64,000 nucleotides of DNA from a virus. Lineage: Duplodnaviria > Caudoviricetes. Under the pieces are notes generated by a model that saw only the letters and a list, made by a program, of their open reading frames with translations, ran no database searches and was not told the origin of the DNA. This document shows positions 26,950 through 33,066 of the stretch, piece by piece; positions within the stretch are counted from its first letter, which is position 1, and every line of letters begins with the position of its first letter. A program made the position numbers and the translations under genes. The stretch is from IMG/VR virus record IMGVR_UViG_3300027991_000002, positions 1 through 64,000 of that record; one strand, written 5' to 3'.

Positions 26950-27778
26950 CGGTTACGGCTTTAAGCAGTGGGGATTATTAGCACAAATGTTCAATCGAAG
27001 CGATAAAAAAAATAAAGAAAAATTTTTAGGGAGGCATTTTTAATTTAATCATTTAATCATAAATAAAACAAAATGGAAAAAGTAACAAACACAGCAAAGA
27101 ACCCACGACTTGAATGGTTGATGGGTGGAAATCCTAATGCTATTGAAGCACAGGAAGTGCAAGGACAAAAGGAACTTGTGAAATCATCACAACTACCAGC
27201 GAAAGTAAATTCGCCAAGAGGAGTGAACATTGAGGAGCAATACGCCTTGATGGGAATAAAAGTAATTGGCAAAACCAAAGGAGATGAATTATTCCTTGAT
27301 GTGGAATTGCCAAATGGGTGGAAGAAGGAAGCAACCGACCATTCAATGTGGAATAAATTGGTTGATGATAAAGGAAGGGAAAGGGCAAGTTTCTTTTACA
27401 AAGCTGCATTTTATGACCGAGATGCTTTTGTGAATTTTAGCACACGGTATAATTGGAATGCCAATTACGAGGATAAGGACAATGTGAGCTACTTTGTAAA
27501 AGATAACTCCATAGGTGAAATTGTATTTGAAACAGAAAAGATGAGTAAAGATGTAAAACAGCCGAACTACTTTAAAATACAGGATGAGTTACAAAACCAA
27601 TGTAAACAATTTCTGAAAGACAAGTTCCCTGAACACGAAAACATAAATGCTTATTGGAATTAAATCATTTAATCATTAAGAGCGTGGGCAAAAATTTTTC
27701 TTTATTTTTTTTCGTTCATATCAGCACGAACTTAAATATGGAGCGATACACCCCATTGCTTTAAAGCCGATGTTATGC
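26944..27778 (-). mobile_element. attC-like site 3 (835 bp, gene in loop)
   Basis: AGATAAC..cggctttaagcagtgggg / ccccattgctttaaagccg..GTTATGC, plus inner arms aaaaaaataaagaaaaattttt / aaaaatttttctttattttttt. Confidence 0.8.
27073..27663 (+). CDS. Cassette gene in attC loop, conserved phage hypothetical (196 aa)
   Basis: GRERASFFYKAAFYDRDAF motif; flanked by a 14-bp direct repeat. Confidence 0.65.
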   Translation: MEKVTNTAKNPRLEWLMGGNPNAIEAQEVQGQKELVKSSQLPAKVNSPRGVNIEEQYALMGIKVIGKTKGDELFLDVELPNGWKKEATDHSMWNKLVDDKGRERASFFYKAAFYDRDAFVNFSTRYNWNANYEDKDNVSYFVKDNSIGEIVFETEKMSKDVKQPNYFKIQDELQNQCKQFLKDKFPEHENINAYWN

Positions 27779-27940
27779 GAAGTTGCCAATACCAAATTCA
27801 AAAAGACAAAAAACTCATTGGCAATTTTGCATAACGTTCGAGGATAAACGAAGTGCATGAGTAACCGAAAAATTAACTGAACAGCAAGTAAGAAATTTTA
27901 ATAAAAATATTTTTAGGGAGGGAATTTAAAAAACAACATT

Positions 27941-28099
27941 ATGAAAATAAACTTTGATGTGAACCTGCCGGATTGGTTTGTAATAACCGGACTTACTGTT
28001 TTTACAGTTTGGATGATTCTTGACATAATAAAAAACTGGCTCAAACTTATCATTTGGAATTATGAGAGGAAAATTAAAAAAATGGAAAACGAAAAGTAA
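27941..28099 (+). CDS. Small membrane protein (52 aa; not in the ORF track)
   Basis: MKINFDVNLPDWFVITGLTVFTVWMILDII..; TAATG coupling to the next gene. Confidence 0.5.
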   Translation: MKINFDVNLPDWFVITGLTVFTVWMILDIIKNWLKLIIWNYERKIKKMENEK

Positions 28100-28524
28100 T
28101 GGCAATCTTAAACTATACAACCTCCATTGATTCTGAAAAGACAATCGGAGAGATTCAAAAATGCTTAGTGAAGCACGGGGCAATGAAAATCACCACTGAT
28201 TATCAGAACGGGATTCCATGCGCTGTTACTTTCTGCCTAATCATCAAAGAGAATATGGTTGGGTTTGCATTGCCAGCAAATTATTCAGGCGTTCTCAGGG
28301 CAATGAAGCGAGATGGAAAAGTTCCGCGCTCAAAATGCACAGAGGAGCAGGCAATAAAAGTTTCATGGAGAATAGTGAAAGACTGGGTTGAAGCGCAGAT
28401 GGCAATAGTTGAAGCTGAACTTGCACAGATGGCGGAAGTGTTTTTGCCGTATGCAGTTACAAAGAATGGAAACACTCTTTGGAAACAGATGGAAGGAAAC
28501 GGAATGTTATTACTTAACTCTTAA
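28099..28524 (+). CDS. Cassette gene in attC loop, conserved phage hypothetical (141 aa)
   Basis: NYTTSID..WRIVKDWVEAQMA..EVFLPY. Confidence 0.65.
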   Translation: MAILNYTTSIDSEKTIGEIQKCLVKHGAMKITTDYQNGIPCAVTFCLIIKENMVGFALPANYSGVLRAMKRDGKVPRSKCTEEQAIKVSWRIVKDWVEAQMAIVEAELAQMAEVFLPYAVTKNGNTLWKQMEGNGMLLLNS

Positions 28525-28692
28525 CCTTTTTACAATTTGAAAAATTGTGATGAGCGTAGGCAAAATATTTTTATTAAAATTTCTCTAACCGTAATTGACA
28601 GTACAGATGGAAGCATTTCGTTTATCCTTTGTTATCAGATGAAAAATTATCCCTTTTGAGCGCGGGATGCTCGTAATTTAATAATTACAAAA

Positions 28693-28890
28693 ATGAAAAC
28701 ATGGGAATATAAAATTAATAGCGTAAATGAATATGATGCTTTTGAAAATGTTGGCGGCTCGGTTGCCGAAAGAATTTTAGATGGAGCGTCAAAAGACGGA
28801 TGGGAATTAGTGTCTGTTGTCGGAATAAACACAATGGTAATTTTTTACTTTAAAAGAGAATTAAATAATGGAGGTGCGGTGGCGGGATAA
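28693..28890 (+). CDS. DUF4177-like protein (cassette gene)
   Basis: WEYKI..GWELVSVV..FYFKRE. Confidence 0.6.
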   Translation: MKTWEYKINSVNEYDAFENVGGSVAERILDGASKDGWELVSVVGINTMVIFYFKRELNNGGAVAG

Positions 28891-28899
28891 TTTTTTTTC

Positions 28900-29027
28900 T
28901 GATAACGGATGAAGATAAAAGAAGCAGCCCTAAATAGAATGTTCAGCGGGTACGTAACCGATAGGGTAACTGAACTTAGGCAGACCTCCGATTTTGCTCG
29001 GCTGTTTCTTTTTATCTTGTGTTGTGT
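28900..29027 (-). mobile_element. attC-like site 1 (128 bp)
   Basis: TGATAAC..aagataaaagaagcagcc / ggctgtttctttttatctt..GTTGTGT. Confidence 0.8.
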
Positions 29028-29085
29028 GAGAGCATAGGGATTTCAGGCGATGGGCAGTTTTTAACTTAAAATAATTTTAAAGCGT

Positions 29086-29400
29086 ATGGCAAAGATTTAT
29101 TTCAGCAAATACAATGATGAGGAAGTGGCTTATACATTGGACTATTGGAAAACTTACATGGAAGAAAACCTCATTGAAGAAATGACATTGTTTGAAGGCA
29201 AGCGAATGACAGGCGAGGGCTATTTCTATTGTAAAGAATACTTTGAAGTTGGATTAGCGAGAGAGTCATGTGGAAAGATATGCGAGGGATATAAGCCGAA
29301 CAATGGCAAGAATGGCAGATGCAAACATTATGGATATTGCTATGAGCCAACAGATAAAAGGTTGGTGTTGCAAGCGGGCGGAAAAATTATTTTAAGTTAA
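29086..29400 (+). CDS. Cassette gene, Cys-rich hypothetical (104 aa)
   Basis: CKEY..CGKICEGYKP.NGKNGRCKHYGYCY. Confidence 0.6.
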   Translation: MAKIYFSKYNDEEVAYTLDYWKTYMEENLIEEMTLFEGKRMTGEGYFYCKEYFEVGLARESCGKICEGYKPNNGKNGRCKHYGYCYEPTDKRLVLQAGGKIILS

Positions 29401-29407
29401 AAATTTC

Positions 29408-29470
29408 ACACAACAAATATATGTATTTTTCTCTTACAACTATTTGAAACTTAAACCATAACACCATGCA
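29408..29470 (-). mobile_element. Candidate attI site
   Basis: Minus-strand G|TTGTGT core matches cassette 1 but has no attC arms; lies just upstream of the int-like gene. Confidence 0.55.
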
Positions 29471-29492
29471 AAATTTTTTGTATATTTAAAAC

Positions 29493-30062
29493 ATGAATAA
29501 CGCTCTCATTTATGCTTTAGCTTGTCCGGAAACAGGTCAAATAAAATATGTTGGCAAAACAAATCATTCATTAAAAAGAAGATTGCAAAATCATATAAAT
29601 AACAAGAGGTCAAAAAGCAGGTGCTCTTTTTGGATTAGAGAATTAAAAAGTAAAAATATCTATCCTGAAATAATATTACTTGAAACAGTAATTGATGGGC
29701 TATGGAGATTTAGAGAATCAGAATGGATAAAAAACTTTGGCAGAGATAATTTATTAAATGAAAACGCAGGCGGTGGAGGAATGGGGACATCTAAGATAAA
29801 TTATGTTTTTTCTTTTTCCGAATCTCTTTCACAATATTCTGAAAACACTAAGAGAAACTATTTAAGCATAGTAAAAATATTCTTACATGAACATGGATGC
29901 GTTTCAACATCAGCAGTTATTATTAATAAAAAAATGATTGAAAATTATATGATGAGATTTAAGAATAGACACAGTTATAATCAAACCTTGTCTGCATTAA
30001 AAAAATTCTTTTTATTTTTAGGTCAACCAAGAAAATTAAATGCAATTAAATATTGGTATTAA
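29493..30062 (+). CDS. GIY-YIG nuclease fused to an integron-type integrase N-terminal (SAM-like) domain; no catalytic recombinase domain
   Basis: LIYALACPETGQIKYVGKT..RL..H..E (GIY-YIG); YSENTKRNYLSIVKIFL..SYNQTLSALKKFF..QPRK (IntI-like core-binding domain). Confidence 0.7.
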   Translation: MNNALIYALACPETGQIKYVGKTNHSLKRRLQNHINNKRSKSRCSFWIRELKSKNIYPEIILLETVIDGLWRFRESEWIKNFGRDNLLNENAGGGGMGTSKINYVFSFSESLSQYSENTKRNYLSIVKIFLHEHGCVSTSAVIINKKMIENYMMRFKNRHSYNQTLSALKKFFLFLGQPRKLNAIKYWY

Positions 30063-30147
30063 CTCTCTCCTTGCAAACTTATATTCACATGAGTTCAAAG
30101 ATTGTAGCGAATGTGGTTACTCCGCTAAACTTTATCCGGCAGTCAGC

Positions 30148-30231
30148 TTAACCTTGTCCCCGATATTTTTTAAATGAATCGGACTTGTTACGGTGTTTTT
30201 TATGCTTCCCCCGCTTTCGTGATTTACTCAC
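30148..30231 (-). CDS. Tiny basic protein (27 aa)
   Basis: GTG start; MSKSRKRGKHKKHRNKSDSFKKYRGQG. Confidence 0.45.
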   Translation of the reverse strand: MSKSRKRGKHKKHRNKSDSFKKYRGQG

Positions 30232-30260
30232 ATACCCTTTTATCTTTTTTTCTTTTGCCA

Positions 30261-30656
30261 TCACTCAATAAATAAAACTTCTTGTTGGAAATTCTTATTC
30301 ATGCCAAAATGAATACTTTTATTTTTGAAATTTATTCCAATTCGTTGCATACCTAATTTTAAAGCTGATTTTACATATAGATATGCTTTATGGCTGTCCC
30401 AAGTTCCAGCAGGTCTTTTGCAAAGAATATCGGCTACCTCTGTGGGTATAAACGTATGCTCATCTGTGGCGAATCCCCCTACTGCAACTGAATGTTCAGG
30501 AGTGGAATAGGTTCGTGTGACAATTATCGGAACTCCTGCATCCTCGCGTATGTCATCCAATAGTTTTATGAATTCAAAAGTACACTTCTCAAAGTCAATG
30601 TTTTTATCATTGAGCGATGAGAAGTGCTTAAAAGAATTTGCTTGGTCAGGTGTCAA
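30261..30656 (-). CDS. Endolysin, peptidase M15-like
   Basis: LLDDIREDAGVPIIVT..H..ADI..RIGI..SIHFG. Confidence 0.7.
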   Translation of the reverse strand: MTPDQANSFKHFSSLNDKNIDFEKCTFEFIKLLDDIREDAGVPIIVTRTYSTPEHSVAVGGFATDEHTFIPTEVADILCKRPAGTWDSHKAYLYVKSALKLGMQRIGINFKNKSIHFGMNKNFQQEVLFIE

Positions 30657-30916
30657 GCAGGTGTGTTGGCTGTTACAGCATTTGCTAATTCCTGTGCTTT
30701 GTCATGCACTTGGGTTGCCAGCGCGTCAATAGCAGCTTGGTCGGGTTTGAGTTGCGCAATTTGCGCAGACAATCCATTGAGTAATGTGATGGCAGAATCA
30801 ATGACTGTGTTTTCTGCGGCTACTTCGTTTTGGTTTAAAATTATTAAATTTAGTTTGTTAAGAATTAAATTTTCTTTTGAGTGATGGTGATAAATGTGAA
30901 AGGATAGCCATTTCAT
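30653..30916 (-). CDS. Small coiled-coil protein in the lysis module
   Basis: TVIDSAITLLNGLSAQI..LANAVTANTPA. Confidence 0.55.
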   Translation of the reverse strand: MKWLSFHIYHHHSKENLILNKLNLIILNQNEVAAENTVIDSAITLLNGLSAQIAQLKPDQAAIDALATQVHDKAQELANAVTANTPA

Positions 30917-31170
30917 TTAACAGGTTCTTTTTTTCCGAACTCATCATTAGAATTTGTCCCTAACTGCTTTCCAAGATAAGATAAAAATCCTGTGGCAAAT
31001 CCAATTCCAACTGCTTTACCAATAAGTGCAATAGTAATTACAGGCGCGGATAATGCAGGTATTATTGCCGATACAACTCCGACAATGCCTGCAAGCACAA
31101 GTCCTTTTGAAAGGTCATGTGTGGACACCTTTCCGAGAGGTGCGGGTTCTGGTGCAAGTAATGTTGTCAT
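30913..31170 (-). CDS. Putative holin
   Basis: 85 aa, two hydrophobic segments, charged tail, next to the endolysin. Confidence 0.65.
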   Translation of the reverse strand: MTTLLAPEPAPLGKVSTHDLSKGLVLAGIVGVVSAIIPALSAPVITIALIGKAVGIGFATGFLSYLGKQLGTNSNDEFGKKEPVK

Positions 31171-31457
31171 TATTTGAGTTTTATGTTTACCTGAACATTT
31201 GCAGTGAGTGTGCTGTCGTGCGGAATCTGAATTTTAACTCCTCCGAATGTAGCCCATTCTCCGTTGATTAACTTTTGTGCTTCTGATGGAACATTAATAT
31301 GCGCATCAACTTTTAACTTACCCGTGACAACAATATTAGAATCAGTTTGAAGATAAGAGATTAATTCTCCTGATGCTGTTGGAGTTTTACAGGTTGGCGC
31401 AAGGCAGATAAACGTGGTTATCGCTCCTGCTGTAATTGTGAGTAATAGTTTTTTCAT
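31170..31457 (-). CDS. Exported/lipoprotein-like protein (95 aa)
   Basis: N-terminal hydrophobic segment followed by Cys. Confidence 0.5.
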   Translation of the reverse strand: MKKLLLTITAGAITTFICLAPTCKTPTASGELISYLQTDSNIVVTGKLKVDAHINVPSEAQKLINGEWATFGGVKIQIPHDSTLTANVQVNIKLK

Positions 31458-31470
31458 GGCTGTAAAGATA

Positions 31471-32346
31471 CTAATTAATTGTTATGTTTATTGATTGTGA
31501 TGATTCCTGATTGTTAAAATTAATCCCTGTGACAGTTATAATATGCTGACCGGGCGAAAGATTAGTTATCCAAAATTGTACTCCCGTAACAGGATTGAAA
31601 TAAGGACTTCTGTCGTGATTAGCCCAATATCCATTTGTTATTTTTTCCTGTCCATCCCAAAGAATTCTTACAACTTGTGCCTCTGCGGAAACATTTGCCG
31701 TTACCATCAATGACCCCATTGCATCGGTTGAATAGCCGTTGTAAGGTGAAGTGATTGTAACCGTTGGAAGATTAGCATTCATTGTCCCCGCCAAAGTGTT
31801 CATGGTTTGATTGATAGAAATATATTCGCTTAAAGAGTAAGTTACATTCCACATACATGCCCCGTGATTACATGATGACTGCATAAAATAACTTCCTGTA
31901 TGTTGGAAATACCATAATGTATGACTTATTTCATGTACTGCGCCCTCTCCCGAATTAATAGCATTATGATAACAAGCTCCACATAAACATACAGTTCCGC
32001 CTCCGCCTCCGCATATATTCTTTGACAACACAAGAATAAAATTAACATGGGGCAGATGAAAGGAATTTACCTCTGCCGCGACTTTTGAATCTGTGCAAGT
32101 GCCTCCGTCAAAGAATCCGCTTTCCTTGCATTGAAATTTATTTTGCCATGATAAAGGAATGAAGTTGAACTGTTGCTGCCGCTGACTGATTCTGATAAAT
32201 AATTCTGACTTTACATTTTGAAGGTCAGATAAGAATAATGCCTGCTCATTTCTGCCATAAGATTCCCCAACAACAGCGATGTCAATCGTTTGACTATAAC
32301 TTTTTATAGTCAATACAAGCGCAATAAATAAGATTATTTTTTTCAT
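31471..32346 (-). CDS. Secreted zinc metallopeptidase (M64-like start, HExxH) with C-terminal Ig-like domain
   Basis: Signal peptide; IDIAVVGESY; GAVHEISHTL; PTVTITSP..H.ITVT..SQSINITIN. Confidence 0.65.
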   Translation of the reverse strand: MKKIILFIALVLTIKSYSQTIDIAVVGESYGRNEQALFLSDLQNVKSELFIRISQRQQQFNFIPLSWQNKFQCKESGFFDGGTCTDSKVAAEVNSFHLPHVNFILVLSKNICGGGGGTVCLCGACYHNAINSGEGAVHEISHTLWYFQHTGSYFMQSSCNHGACMWNVTYSLSEYISINQTMNTLAGTMNANLPTVTITSPYNGYSTDAMGSLMVTANVSAEAQVVRILWDGQEKITNGYWANHDRSPYFNPVTGVQFWITNLSPGQHIITVTGINFNNQESSQSINITIN

Positions 32347-32350
32347 GGCT

Positions 32351-32617
32351 TTATGTATAAAATGTGAACTTTCCGTCTTCGTGTTTCACGTTGCTTTTTC
32401 GGGTGTTAGGAAAAAAATCGCTCCACTTAAACTCGTCAATTTTATGTCTCTTATTTTCGGTTGCTTTTATCTTTATCGTCTGTTTGATAATCTGCTCCGC
32501 CTGTTCTTTAGATGTGGCAGGTAAAGATACGTTTATTGTGCATCCTGAAACGGAGATGTTGACATTATAGTTTTTCAAGCCGTTCAATTTCTTTTTTGAG
32601 TTTTTTAATTTCTTCAT
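32351..32617 (-). CDS. Hypothetical protein (88 aa)
   Basis: ORF only. Confidence 0.45.
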   Translation of the reverse strand: MKKLKNSKKKLNGLKNYNVNISVSGCTINVSLPATSKEQAEQIIKQTIKIKATENKRHKIDEFKWSDFFPNTRKSNVKHEDGKFTFYT

Positions 32618-32697
32618 CGCTTAATGAGATAATTTCTTTTGCAGATTTCAATTCCGCTTCAAGCCGTTCAATGACTTTCATTAAGAATATGACAGGG

Positions 32698-33066
32698 CTA
32701 TTCTCCTCCATCTTTCTTCTTTTTGTAATCTTTTTTTATTGTTGCAACAATCTCTCCAATAACTTCCGCGATTGAGTTTTGAGACTTGGCATTTAAAGCC
32801 GCTTCATATACCGTTTCTGTTGGCACATCACCCTCTTTGAGTTGTCGCGGGCTTTGGGCTTCAAGTAAATCTTTCAGTACGTTTAACGTAGCCAAATCAA
32901 GTTGTCGTTGATTATATTGTGAGATTAAATTCTTCTGCTCTTGAATAAAGTTAATAAGTTCAATCTCCTGCTGGACAAGTCCTACAAGGTCTATCACCTT
33001 TACATTGTAGGCGTTTTCCAAACTGTCCATTATTTCAGGGGTTAGTTCATTAGACACTTCGCTCAT
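32698..33066 (-). CDS. Hypothetical protein (122 aa)
   Basis: Coupled ORF. Confidence 0.55.
   Translation of the reverse strand: MSEVSNELTPEIMDSLENAYNVKVIDLVGLVQQEIELINFIQEQKNLISQYNQRQLDLATLNVLKDLLEAQSPRQLKEGDVPTETVYEAALNAKSQNSIAEVIGEIVATIKKDYKKKKDGGE

Larger units (their letters stand above)
27829..28637 (-). mobile_element. attC-like site 2 (809 bp, two genes in loop)
   Basis: GCATAAC..aggataaacgaagtgc / gcatttcgtttatcct..GTTATCA; inner arms agaaattttaataaaaatatttt / aaaatatttttattaaaatttct. Confidence 0.8.
23356..29470 (-). mobile_element. Integron-like gene-cassette array (11 cassettes plus candidate attI)
   Basis: 11 imperfect inverted repeats bounded by nnnnAAC...GTTnnnn. Each GTT heptamer is the exact reverse complement of the next AAC heptamer (11/11). 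Adjacent to an IntI-like N-terminal domain. Confidence 0.85.

Noticed and set aside
23356-29414. CRISPR array or simple terminator series as the explanation for the repeats
   Set aside because: The repeats are inverted and diverge in sequence, are separated by whole genes and have cassette-matched GTT/AAC cores. There are no constant direct repeats with spacers and no consistent U tracts.
30063-30260. Frameshifted catalytic domain of the integrase
   Set aside because: The + frames I translated after the stop give short peptides without recognisable R-H-R-Y motifs. The minus strand holds a small ORF and a -7 box instead.
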